Part shown: positions 1 through 12,218 of the stretch, in pieces
Numbering within the stretch: the first letter of the stretch is position 1
Layout: every line of letters begins with the position of its first letter
Assembly (NCBI GenBank): GCA_040954595.2
Contig: CM082594.2
Coordinates: 1,320,247 to 1,384,246, forward strand
Reading direction: 5' to 3'
Length of the DNA stretch: 64,000 nt
Origin: Balanoglossus misakiensis
Taxonomy: Eukaryota; Animalia; Hemichordata
The notes under the pieces: generated by a model
The model's input: the letters and a program-made list of their open reading frames with translations, nothing else
Database searches by the model: none
What the model was told of the DNA's origin: nothing
Program-made: the position numbers and the translations under genes

Positions 1-87
1 CAAACATGAAAGTTATAAATGGCGGAGTTCCTGCATTTTCCCCCAATAAACATTAATTATAATATGCTTGGTGTGAATCTAGCTTGC

Positions 88-227
88 TGATTGGCTGGAG
101 CCAGGGTTTATATTCTCAACAAGATGACCTGGCCCAACTTGGCCCTGAACGGAGAATAGCTAATAAACTTTGCATTTGATTGGCTGTGGGATGGTGGACT
201 GCATTTGATTGGCTGTGGGATGGTGGA
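88..227 (+). promoter_or_regulatory. Three inverted CCAAT boxes (TGATTGGCT) upstream of the Crypton gene
   Basis: TGATTGGCT at about 88, 177 and 206. The last two lie in a direct repeat of TGCATTTGATTGGCTGTGGGATGGTGGA. Confidence 0.5.
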
Positions 228-285
228 AATGTTGTCTGCTGCAATCAGCTCGTGCAAATTTTGGAAATATCAAGAAGAGCTCAAA

Positions 286-1895
286 ATGCAGCCAGCCGCC
301 ATGTCTGAAAGGCTAGATTCTGACTTTGATTTGAATTTTAACCTCGAACAACTTGACGAAATATCTGACGAAGAACTCCTACAAGCGGCGACGATACTCG
401 AGAATCTACCGGGACCGTGCATTCCTCCAGCAGTAAATCATGCCTACCCGCAGACGCCGAGATTCCCCGAGTTGTCACACGAAAAGGTGGAACAGTTAGC
501 GGCGAAAAAAAATGAGGCAAATACAAATGCATCGACCAAGTGGGGAGTTAAGTTACTGAAAAGTAAGTATTCAATAAAAAAAAATAGTAGTCGTATATTT
601 TATCGTTCACGCCGAAATGGGCGCCGCCATTTTCATTGTTTGTAAACAATCGCGTTAGTCGTTTGATCTGTTAACCTTAAAATCACGCAGTTGTTATTGT
701 ATTTACCGTCTCTATTTTAACCGTTGCAGCCTGGTGTATGGAGCGATCGATTTCCCCAGATTTTGAAATGCTGCCAGTAGAAGACCTGGCAAACTTACTG
801 AGGCAGTTTTATGCCGAGGTGAGAACAAGAGAAGGAAACGAGTATAGCATCCGGAGCTATTCTGGGATCAGAGCTGCGATACACCGACATATCACCAACG
901 TCCCATTCAACCGAGCTATCAATGTCTTGAGGGATCGGGAATTTCTGGTGGCCAACAATGTATTTGTCGGGAAAATAAAGTGCCTAAAGCGAGATGGAAA
1001 GGACACCATCAATCACAAAACACCAATAAGCGAGGGCGATATCCAGAAGATGTTTGCTAGCGGTACGCTATCCGACTCTGATCCACTGTCATTATTACGT
1101 ATGGTATGGTTTTATGTAGAATTTTTCTTTTGTCGAAGGGGGCGGGAGGGTCTGCGAGATTTACATAAGGGGAGTTTCATTCTTAAGGTTGACGACCAAG
1201 GCAGGGAATACATTACATTGGCCTACTTGGAAGCCACTAAAAACCACCCCGGGGATTTGAAAGATAATTTTGAAAGTGAGAAGCGGATGTATAAAACGGG
1301 TTCTCCCCTCTGCCCAGTTACGGCCATTTTGAAATATATCGGTAAACTCCATCCCAACTGTAATGCGTTTTTCCAGCGTCCCATTCCCAATTTCTCCGGC
1401 AGTGAAAACACGTGGTATGTAAACAGCCCCCTTGGGCACAATTCACTAGGGTAAATGATGAAGAAAATATCAAAAGCGGCAGAGTTGAGTGTAATATACA
1501 CAAACCACTGTGTGCGAGCAACAACCATTAAGTCGCTGAACGACGCTGGGGTCCCAACGAGAATAATCATGAATCTCAGCGGTCATCGCAACGAAGGAAG
1601 CATTCGTAGTTATTGTCGTGACAGTTCGAATGAACAGAAACGACAGTGTAGTGACATTTTAATGTCATCGATTCACGATAAACCTACCGGTAACATAACA
1701 GCTGATGGGGCCCCAGCTCCGTCTGCTACGTCTTTGGCGGTTGCTTGCTCACCACAACGGTGTGAGAGAAATATATCCACATGCCAAACTCTCCCCTCAA
1801 ATTCCATAACACCATCCAATATGTTCAATAACTGCAACTTCCAGGGCAATGTATATGTTTATACAAGTACCTATAATTCCTCCAAGCATAATTAA
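286..1895 (+). pseudogene. Crypton tyrosine recombinase (DUF3504 family, related to ZMYM/QRICH1/KCTD1 domains), 2 exons, one nonsense codon
   Basis: Exon 1 is 286 (or 301)-562 with donor GTAAGT; exon 2 starts at 730 after TTGCAG, phase-compatible (LK-T-WCME). Motifs CRRGREGLR, CPV, NHCVRAT and SGHRNEGSIRSY supply the catalytic R/HxxR/H/Y set. An in-frame TAA at 1452-1454 (HNSLG*MMKKIS) splits the ORF. Confidence 0.85.
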
Positions 1896-2620
1896 AGATG
1901 TACATTTCTAATGTTGATTGGTCGGAAACGTAATACTCCCGTGGTGTTTCTGCTGACTACTTCGCAGACATGATGTAAATATATTCTTGCGCATTTTTTT
2001 AATAGTTCCACTTTATTAATGTATTTAAGACTAAGAGTAACATTATTTAGGTGTTTTTTTAATTCCCATTGAGCGTTTTTAAAATAAATGTTTTCAAAGT
2101 TTATGAAATATAGAAATGGGTCAGTGTACTTCATTGTTTGAGACGAGTGCTAGTGTGCGCGAGATCGGAATGACATGCGTTGAAGGTGTGATGAGGCCCC
2201 TGAACCGGCATGACAATCCCCGTACATGATGGCTGTCCAACTTCGGAACCGGGCGAGATTTTCATTTTATCGACTTATATCAAACGAAATCATATTATAA
2301 TGAGGTTATAAACGGTGCGCTCGGGTGTTTGGTTGCGGATATAAGACCTCTCAGGTGAAAATTAGCATATTTGGGTGAAATAATCACCTCGCTGCGCTCG
2401 GTGATTATTTCCCGCCAAATATGCTAATTTTCACCTGAGAGGTCTTATATCCGCAACCAAATACCCTCGCTAGCCGTTTATAACCTCTAATTGATGAACA
2501 GTCTTTGTGCTTGTTTATTTTTCTGTGTTACCTCCACCTGTCTTAGCAGTTGCTAATCTAGAATACAAGCTATTGTATTTCCCATTAAGCACCTGCTAAC
2601 GACTTAATCTGTGTGCCCCA

Positions 2621-2723
2621 TCCACGGATTTAGTGGATTGAGTAAACATCGGTCAGTTCTCACTTGGTAAGAGAATACCCAGTAGTCGCTGACCGATGTT
2701 TACTTTATTAACTTAATCCGTGG
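2621..2723. repeat. Small foldback / MITE remnant
   Basis: Nested inverted pairs TCCACGGATT / AATCCGTGGA and AGTAAACATCGGTCAG / CTGACCGATGTTTACT. Confidence 0.55.
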
Positions 2724-2974
2724 ACAGATGCCGAAGTTCGGTATTTGGAATGATTGTCAGGTCACCTGTTATTATATGAACGTGAGGTTGTGTTTGATAT
2801 GAAATGTGCCTATTATGCTGTTTGACTTCTTTAAACATGCTTAAATACTGGCCAATAAATAACTCCACTATGTTTGAAATTAAATCAGATAGTACAATAA
2901 TACATTCCAAATGTCATATGTGATAACATCATGCTTTGGACTTTTTTACTTTATATATTACATAACATGTTACG

Positions 2975-3209
2975 GAGGGGGAGAGAGGTGAGAGAAGGAA
3001 TGTGAGAAAGGAGAGAAGAAAAGCAAGAGGGCGGAAATGAGAATGTCAGGATGGAAAGGGGATGAGGGGAGGACTTTGACAGAAGGGGAGGGGAGAGACC
3101 GAATAAGTGAAGGTGAGAGAGGAAGTGGTTAGACAGGAAGAAAGGGAAATTAAAGCTCAACCACCACCACCACCACAATCATCATCATCACCATCATTGC
3201 CATCATCAT
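2975..3209. repeat. Purine-rich low-complexity tract and (CAC)n/(CAT)n microsatellite
   Basis: Seen directly in the sequence. Confidence 0.8.
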
Positions 3210-3440
3210 TCTGGAAGCATCGTGGCCTGTATTGGCCCATGGGCATCATGGGCCAAAAAAACTGATTCAGTTAAATGTGCATAAACCACACTTTTGTACG
3301 AACTCCTGTAACCGGTGACGCAAGTCGTGAGTGAATTTGTGGGCGTGTCGCGACCTTTTCTGTGTACGTGATGCAGAGTGATATATTGGTGACCCCCAGC
3401 CACCCCCACACCCTTTGATAACACACTTCTTAAACTTTCT

Positions 3441-3510
3441 TTACATAGAATGGATTGCTCAAACCTTCCTTACCAAAGTTCTGATTAAAGACATCTATCT
3501 TATAGGGTAC
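3441..3510 (-). mobile_element. Solitary terminal fragment of the foldback family found at 7830-11994 and 47587-51323
   Basis: TTACATAGAATGGA..CTCAAACCTTCCTTACCAAA..TTCTGATTAA..CTATCT matches the arm end at about 11880-11942. Confidence 0.65.
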
Positions 3511-4927
3511 TACCAACAGCGTTTCACGTGACTGTAGACAAGCAGCAAGTACCTGTACACAGACAACAATAATTAACGAATGTTTTTACCGCCGTGTGTT
3601 TTATGCACATAAACACAGAATCAGCTTTAATATTGTCCCATGATGCCCCGTGAGTTGTCAGGGTACCAAACTGACAATGCTCGAGAAAAAATGAAGTGTT
3701 GACATGCATGTTGTTAAGGGGTATCACAATGCATGTTATAGACGCTGGTTTCTCTTAGCAATAGAGTAGAGGCGTAAGGATGGGTTGATCTTGTGATTAA
3801 GAATTTTGGCAAAGAAACAGAAATTGTGCCATTTAGTTTTGTATTAAACCCTATTCGCGTATTTTATGTTAAACCACGAAATACTGCAATAATGAGATAC
3901 GGTAGTATTTAACACATATCATATATGATATAATATAGCTTTATCAATACCAGTGAATTTTGTGACGTCATTTCTGTACATTTTTTTTCTTTTATTTAAA
4001 ACGCACAATGTTACATCAACAAATCAAAAGAAGAAACGAACTGAAAACTCACATCATAGCTTCAAAATTTATTACACTTTCTGGATGGTTGCATGATTCC
4101 TAAGGCTTGTATACCTTGAACCTCAATGTCACGCGGGAGGATTGGTGTTAATGTAACGGGGAATTAAACTCTATCGATGGGGATAACTCGCTTGGCTAAT
4201 ACTGAGAGGTACCTATATGGAATCGTGCTGACGTCCAGATACATCGACACGAACACTGGGTATTTATGGTAGCAACTGAGAATATAAGAATTTCATGAAA
4301 TAAACCTACTCGACCACTTGCGTTCTGAGGACAAGAAGGACACAAATAGTCCGCCATCCAAAAGACCGTTCCAGCATTTTATTTTTACCCGTCAAAAGAC
4401 GCGGAGATATATTTTTAGATGAAAGATCCATGCATACTCAGATTGCATAGTACTTGTCTTCCTTGCGTTCCTTAAAATAATGAATGTATTGTATTTTCTT
4501 TTCTTTTCATCAGGAATGCGATAACTTTCTTAACACTTCAAAAGTTTCTTTACTCTTCAATCACTTCTGTCTCAACTTTTAAGTTTAACTTTTACTTCCA
4601 AATCTCAGGTCACAAACTTTATAGACTGCTAAACAATTTTCTTCCTAGTGTTGTATGCGCCACTTGTGAATTTTTGCGAGTGAGATTCACGGGCGTTTGA
4701 GCACAATTTATACAAAAGATGTTTATCGCCTTTAGAAAAACGTTCGCGTAGAATCAATGACGTCATGGTAAATTTTAGCTGCATGCTCCAATAGGGATGA
4801 TGGGGAGACTACTTGTTGTAGAGCACCTGAAAATGTACGTATTTCGTCACTTCCTTTTCGCGAAATTTAATTCTTAACGGCATCTTAGTTTTAAGATTTG
4901 TGATTTCTTTTTTCTTCAGTTGTACAT

Positions 4928-5200
4928 TTGCATCACAGGATACTTCTTTGTAGACTATCGAACCTTGGCATCTCAGACACAGTACTAACATGGTTTACAT
5001 CTTACCTTCAATATAGATATCAAACTGTAATCATCGAAAACACTGCAAGTTCACAGTCACCTCTCGTATACGGGGTGCCACTGGCCCTCTCTTGTTCACC
5101 ATTTATATAGCCCCACTTTATAGTAAACTGATTCGTCCCCACATCCTACAATTTCATCAGTACGCCGATGATAACCAGCGATACCTCGCCTTTTCCCATC
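4928..5200 (+). mobile_element. Degenerate non-LTR retrotransposon reverse-transcriptase fragment
   Basis: HRILLCRLSNLGISDTVLTWFTSYL..YGVP followed by LFTIY and the YADD motif (TACGCCGATGAT at 5161). Confidence 0.75.
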
Positions 5201-5235
5201 AAGATTCAACCTCTGACGTTCCTGTCTTCTAAGGA

Positions 5236-5512
5236 TTGTTGAACTTTAATTCATGCAGGAATTCACACTCAAGACCCCTGTTCATACCAATGTGCAAAAC
5301 AGATACTTACAAACACTCCTTCATTCCGCGAACCATTATTGACTGGAACCACTTTCCTGATAACATTGTAACTAGCACAAACCTAGAGCATTTTAAAGCT
5401 GGTCTTTCAGGAATAACTAGTCATCACGACTAAAATCACCTTGCGCACCTGCAGGATTACTGCTCAATTTCTGAGTTACTCTGCAGTATTATACAGATAC
5501 AGATACAGATAC
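5236..5512 (+). mobile_element. 3' end of a non-LTR retrotransposon with a (ATACAG)n tail
   Basis: KTDTYKHSFIPRTIIDWNHFP resembles a typical LINE ORF2 C-terminus. It is followed by a short 3' UTR and ATACAGATACAGATACAGATAC. Confidence 0.7.
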
Positions 5513-6847
5513 ACTTCATCATACTGTCAGGTTCAAAAATAACCACGAAACGAATTCTTATGTGAAAGGATGCGTAAGACTACAATAAAATCACGCTCAA
5601 CTTCAACTACACTCTGGGACTTCTCTCTTGTCCCTCGTATGAACTCACATGCCAACTCAAAGGGCCATTTTCATACGCCAGACCGTCTCCCTTGCGGTCA
5701 TTAAAACATCACGACTTCATCACCAGACCGTCTCTCTTGCGGTCATCACAAAAACTTCAACAACTCCTCAAAAACCTATTAAACGTCACTACACTTCACG
5801 GCATCACTTCAACAAAAGAATACTCATTTACAATGTCGAAAACAAGGCAAAAACTTGGTGGAAAACAATATCAAATTAAAGCTGCAAGCAGCGTTGAAGG
5901 GACCCAAGCATAGAGTTAATAACCATTAGACTCCATTCAGGGTTGTACCATTAAAATGCGTAGGCTGTATTTGCTCTGGATGTGGAGATATGGGGAAGTA
6001 GGCAACCACCCGAAATGGATGTCTTACAATTACAAACACAACAACCAAAGGTGAACTTCTACGTTGTAAGTACTTCAGTTACTTCAAAGGTCAGCTGAGG
6101 GTATCCAAAAATTGGGCCAAAAATTAGGATTCCTATTTGGTTCATATTCAAGACAACGGAAAATCCTTGCTGTTTGGGTTTATCAAATTAGATATGGCCA
6201 TAATAATGAGTTACGCAAGTAAGTTACAGGTAGCCCCTAAAATTTAGCAATTCATGACGCAGAGGGTCCTACCCTACCCCTCCAAACACCTGGCTATACA
6301 TGATGTGCATGCTAACATATGGAAAGCAGGTCAATGGACACCTGATGTCACCCAAAAATTTGACAAAAAATGTTCATTCCTGTTTATGTCATGTGCAACA
6401 AATCCTACATTTGCAGCCCTTTCACTTTGCCTACCATTAGGTATGCACGTAATACATGAATCAAGCAGGTGTCGCAGGTATCCGCCTGTATTTGGCATTT
6501 CATGATAGTTTCGCTCCGAATACCAAAGCTGCACTTGTACAACGGGCTGAGATATGGTACTGTACGACAGAGGTCATCCAAATCAACTTATACATTTGGG
6601 CAAAAACAAACTGACACTTACATTCGTCCCTGAGGAACAAAAACCACATATATTGCCCTGTTGGCTAGTGTCCAATTAAATGTACAAAATCAATGACTTA
6701 GGCAGGTGCAACAGGTGACCCCACCTTTGGTATATCTTTATGGTCCCATCCGTATATGCCCCCCCCCCCCACGCCAAAGCTGCATGCATCTGCTGTGGAT
6801 GCTCACTAAGCAAAAGTAGGTGAAATGTCACATAAGATCGCACATAA

Positions 6848-7586
6848 GGCTGCATTCACAAACACCTATTCAGGGGGGGATGCGGGAGAATTCAATTTTT
6901 TTACCGCTAATTTTCACATGCCCCCCCCCCCCCGTACAGAACCCGACAAATTTCAAATCCCCCCTTCCGAACTACCAAAATTTTGAAATCCCCCCCTCCC
7001 CATTTTCTTTCACAGAGCAAAACACATCACCTAGTATCTATCTTGTAAAAAAAGAAAAACAGCGCTCCCATTTTTTAAGTATTTGTATCCTGTGTTGGGA
7101 GACATTGTAAACCGAGAATTGAAGGGGGTGGGTTTGGGAGGGGGTGCACGTAAGAAAATTTTATAAAATACAGAGATCAAAGCTGCATTTTAATGAACCC
7201 GGCAAAGGCAAATTAACTCAACTACCGGTATGTTGGGGAGGACAAATTTAACCGTCGACGCTCAGAGTTATCATGGGGTTGGGGCAAGTCCCCTGACCTG
7301 GGACACTAGATAAACCAATCAATGATTGAAAGGTGTTGATGAATGGACGGGGTGGGTGTGGGAGGGGGTGTCCGCCTCCCCATTAGAATTTTTTTTTAAA
7401 TAAAGGGCGCGAAACTGCATTTTTGTGGACTCAAAATAAATATTTAGTCGTCAAAGTTTTCAAGTCCCCCCCTTTCAGTCCCTAAATTATTTCAAATCCC
7501 CCCTTTACATACCCTCAATTTGTTTCAAATCCCCCCTTCAATTCTCCTGCCCCCATCCCCCTCCTAAGGTGTTTGTGAATGCAGCC
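6848..7586. mobile_element. PIF/Harbinger-type MITE
   Basis: 20-bp perfect TIR GGCTGCATTCACAAACACCT / AGGTGTTTGTGAATGCAGCC, flanked by a TAA target duplication (6845-6847, 7587-7589). TWA duplications are characteristic of PIF/Harbinger. Confidence 0.85.
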
Positions 7587-7829
7587 TAACTTGACAGGAA
7601 AATCGGACTTTATATTGATCCATTTGCAACAAATACCACACTAGCATCCCTTTCATTGACCCCACAATTACGCATGTAGTCCAGGAGGCAAAGTTTTCAA
7701 ATTGGCCTAATTTGCATATGAATGACGATATCAACATTCTGTGCATTCATTTTGCGGACCATATGGTCAGTGTCCTACATGCCAAATTTCAAGGCCCTGG
7801 GCCAAGTCAATTTTGAGAAGAAGATTTTT

Positions 7830-10800
7830 AAATATTATATTTCATATTTTTTGTACCCAGCCTATACTGTCTTTTAGTCCAGGAGATAGGTGCCGTTAAT
7901 CAGAATTTTTGGTAAGGAAGGTTTGAGAAGTCCATTCTATGTAAAAAATGGTGCTGATTCCAAAAAAAGTCAGTCTTATTAACCCCACTCAAGACAAAAT
8001 TGCCATTTTGGCCATTTTTAACCCAAAAATGGTCTTTTTTAGAAAACACTAAAAACACACTGTTTTCGTCACATTCTGAGATCTGATGACATATGATATG
8101 CTTATTCTATGTAAAATATGGTGAATATTACGAAAAAAGTAGTCCGATTGACCCAAAACAACAGAAAATTGCCTTTTTGACCATTTTTTTGCCCAAAAAA
8201 CGTCATTTTTAGAAAAAATTTAAAACACACGGTTTCTTCATAATGATTGATCTGGTGATATATGGAAAGTCAATTCTGTGTTAAAAGTGGTGACTTTAAA
8301 AAATAAAGCAGTCTTTTTGACCTCAATCAATACAAAAATGCCATTTTTGGCCACTTTTTGAGGTCAAAAAGGTCATTTTTACAAAAAAAACTAAAAATAA
8401 ATTGTGTTGTTCATATTCAGAGATCATTGGGTATATGAAATGTCCATTCTATGTAAAAAAAAATGGTTCTGATTCCAGAAATAGCAGTCTTATTGACCCT
8501 ACTCAAGAAAAAATGCCATTTTTGCCACTTTTTGCCCAAAAACGTCATTTTTAGAAAACACTCAAAATTTATATATTTTCTTCACTTTCGGAGATCTGAT
8601 AATGTATTTTATGCCCACCCTATGTAAAATTTGGTGATTATTCCAAAAAAGGCAGATTTATTGACCCAACCTAATGCAAAAATGCCCTTTTGGAAAGTTT
8701 TTGCCCAAAAAGGCCATTTTTAGAAAAAAAAATAAAAACAAACTTTTCATCATAAAGCTCAGAGATCATGTGATATATGAAATGTTCATCCTATGTAAAA
8801 ATTGGTACTGATTCCAGAAATAGCAGTCTTATTGATCCTACTCAAGAAAAAATGCCATTTTTGCCACTTTTTGCCCCAAAAACGTCATTTTCAGAAAACA
8901 CTCAAAATGTATATAATGTATTTTCTTCACTTTCGGAGATCTGATAATGTATTATATGCCCACTATATGTGAAAAATTTCCAAAAAAGCAGTTTTATTGA
9001 TGCCACTCAAGATAAAAGTGCCTTTTTGGCAAGTTTTTGCCCAAAAAGTGTCATTTCTAAAAAATACGAAAAATATGCCATTTTCTTCCCATTGGTGATC
9101 TAATGATAAATAAAAGTAGGGACATTTAAAAAAAACACTTTTGCTGACCCCACAGAGGGAAAAACTACCATTTTGGCCTCTTTGCTCAAAAAGGTAACTG
9201 TTAGAAAAAATAAATACAAACTTATTCCTTCATATTCAGAGCCCTTGTGATGTATGTAAATTCGGGTTTTTTTTGTGTGTTTTTTTTTGTGCAAAAAATA
9301 TGCTGATACCAGCACAACGGTCTTATTGAGACACCCCGCTCAGTACAAAATTGCCATTTAGCCATCTTTTGGTCAACAATAGGCATTTTCAGAAAACAAA
9401 TATAATTGATGTTTTGCCTTTTGTGTTCTGATGTTGTATATGCATATTTAAAACGCAATAACCATATAATATCAATTAAATTGATGATATTGAAAGACAG
9501 AGTTGCCACAATTTGGCACATTTAGCCCAAAACTGAACTCAACAATAAGATGATCCATGTATACGCACTGTCTACTATAAGTCGATTATGCTTGGTGTGA
9601 AATATTTAGGTTCAGATATGCCAGCTCGGGAGAGATTGTTGAAATTTATTCTCTTCAATCTGAATACAAATTCAGAAATTATATTATAATTTATATCATG
9701 ATACCTCCGTCATACTGATTGGACAGGAGTGCAACCCAATTGAACGATGCTAGAATACTCAATAGAGCACTGCTAAAACTGACCCCTGAACTAGCACGCA
9801 GCAAGGAAAATGTGGGCTTAAACCAAATAAACATAATAAAAACACTTAAATTCCTTGACGTTATAATTTGGAACTGCTGTAGGGGAATATTTGGGCAATG
9901 TGCAATGCCTTTCTTTTGTCATCTGTATCATGTTTAGAGCTTGGTCCCGGGCGGCGTGTTTACATTCATCGACGCGAGTTTTGTTCAATTCGTAACTTCT
10001 TTTCCTCTCGACGCTGTTTCATCATCATTATGATTTCAACTTGGGCTAATTTTGCAAAAACTCCAAATACAAACATTTTTTCGGTACAAAATGGCTAAAA
10101 GGATAAATTTTTCTTGAGTAGATCTATTTTTGGCTACAAATAGCCTAAAAGGCAATTTTGACTAGAGTGGGGCCAACCAGACTGCCGTTTTTGGAATAGT
10201 CACCAAATTTTACACAGAATGGACTTTTCATACATGATCAGATCTCTGAATATGAAGAAAACAATTTGTCTTTAGTTTGTTTGTTTGTTTTTAATGAACA
10301 TTTTTGACCAATAAAGTGGCCGAAATTACAAATTTCAATTGAATAGGGTAAGTAAGACTTCCGTTTTTGGAACAGTAACCACGTTTCAATATAGAATGGG
10401 ATTTTATTTATAATGAGAAAGTGAAGAAAAGAGAATGCTATTAATATATTCTTAAAAATAAAAAAATTGTGCAAAACTTAGCCAAAAAGGCGATTTCATC
10501 ATGGTTAAGGTCATTAAGACTGCATTTCTGGAAACAACACCTATTTTACAATAAATGTACTTTTCACACATCATAGAATCTCCAAATAAGAATCAAACAG
10601 TTTGTTTTTAATGGTTTTCAAAAAGTGGCTTTTTGGGCAAAAACTTGTCAAAAAAGCACTGTTTTCTTGAGTGGCGCCAGTGAAATTTTTTTTTTGATTT
10701 TATTCACATAGAGTGGGTATATAATACATCATCATCTCCGAAAGTGAAGAAAATATAAAAGTTTTGGGTGTTTTCTAGAAATGACACTTTTTGGGCAAAA

Positions 10801-11994
10801 ACTTGCCAAAAGGCACTTTTATCTTGAGTGGCATCAATAAAACTGCTTTTTTGGAAATGTTTCACATATAGTGGGCATATAATACATTATCAGATCTCCG
10901 AAAGTGAAGAAAATATATAAATTTTGAGTGTTTTCTGAAAATGACGTTTTTGGGGCAAAAAGTGGCAAAAAAGGCATTTTTTCTTGAGTAGGATCAATAA
11001 GAATGTTATTTCTGGAATCAGCACCAATTTTTACATAGGATGAACATTTCATATATCACATGATCTCTGAGCTTTATGATGAAAAGTTTGTTTTTAACAT
11101 TTTTTCTAAAAATGGCCTTTTTGGGCAAAAACTTTCCAAAAGGGCATTTTTGCATTAGGTTGGGTCAATAAATCTGCTTTTTTGGAATAATCACCAAATT
11201 TTACATAGGGTGGGCATATAATACATTATCAGATCTCCGAAAGTGAAGAAAATATATAAATTTTGAGTGTTTTCTAAAAATGACGTTTTTGGGCAAAAAG
11301 TGGCAAAAATGGCATTTTTTCTTGAGAAGGGTCAATAAGACTGCTATTTCTGGAATCAGCATAATTTTTTTACATAGAATGGACATTTCATATATCCAAT
11401 GATCTCTGAATATGACAAACACAATTTATTTTTAGTTTTTTTGTAAAAATAACCTTTTTTGACCTCAAAAAGTGGCCAAAAATGGCATTTTTGTATTGAT
11501 TGAGGTCAAAAGGACTGCTTTATTTTTTAAAGTCAACACTTTTAACATAGAATTGACTTTCCATATATCACCAGATCAATCATTATGAAGAAAACCGTGT
11601 GTTTTAAATTTTTTCTAAAAATGACGTTTTTTGGGGAAAAAATGGTCAAAAAGGCAATTTTCTGTTGTTTTGGGTCAATCGGACTACTTTTTTCGTAATA
11701 TTAACCAAATTTTACATAGAATAAGCATATCATATGTCCTCAGATCTCACAATGTGACGAAAACAGTGTGTTTTTAGTGTTTTCTAAAAAAGACCATTTT
11801 GGGTTAAAAATGGCCAAAATGGCAATTTTGTCTTGAGTGGGGTCAATAAGACTGACTTTTTTGGAATCAGCACCATTTTTTACATAGAATGGACTTCTCA
11901 AACCTTCCTTACCAAAAATTCTGATTAACGGCACCTATCTCCTGGACTAAAAGACAGTATAGGCTGGGTACAAAAAATATGAAATATAATATTT
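7830..11994. mobile_element. Foldback-type element with long inverted arms built of ~120-bp internal subrepeats
   Basis: 7830-~9050 is the reverse complement of ~10750-11994 (e.g. CCAGGAGATAGGTGCCGTTAATCAGAATTTTTGG / CCAAAAATTCTGATTAACGGCACCTATCTCCTGG). The non-repetitive core ~9430-10120 recurs inverted at ~48760-49560. No coding capacity seen. Confidence 0.85.
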
Positions 11995-12218
11995 ATTTTT
12001 TATAATTTTGATATCGTCATTCATATGCAAATTAGGCCAATTTGAAAACTTTGCCCATATATGGTCATCAGGTCATGTGACTAATTAAACATTCACGAGG
12101 GTACTGCACGAGCTCTCATAGACCTGCACCCGTGTGCCAAGTTTGAGAGTTGTAGGTTCAGCCGTTTCCAAGATCCTAGTTGGCGAAAAAACTGCACAAG
12201 AAAAAGAAGTAGAAGAAT

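Larger units (their letters stand above)
54..2493 (+). mobile_element. Crypton (CryptonA-like) tyrosine-recombinase DNA transposon, probably full length
   Basis: Contains a DUF3504-type tyrosine-recombinase gene. No classical TIRs. Short inverted motif TTATAATATG (57-66) / CATATTATAA (2291-2300), then a ~186-bp palindrome (2302-2487). Bounded by imperfect 6-bp direct repeats TAATTA (54-59) / TAATTG (2488-2493). Confidence 0.75.
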
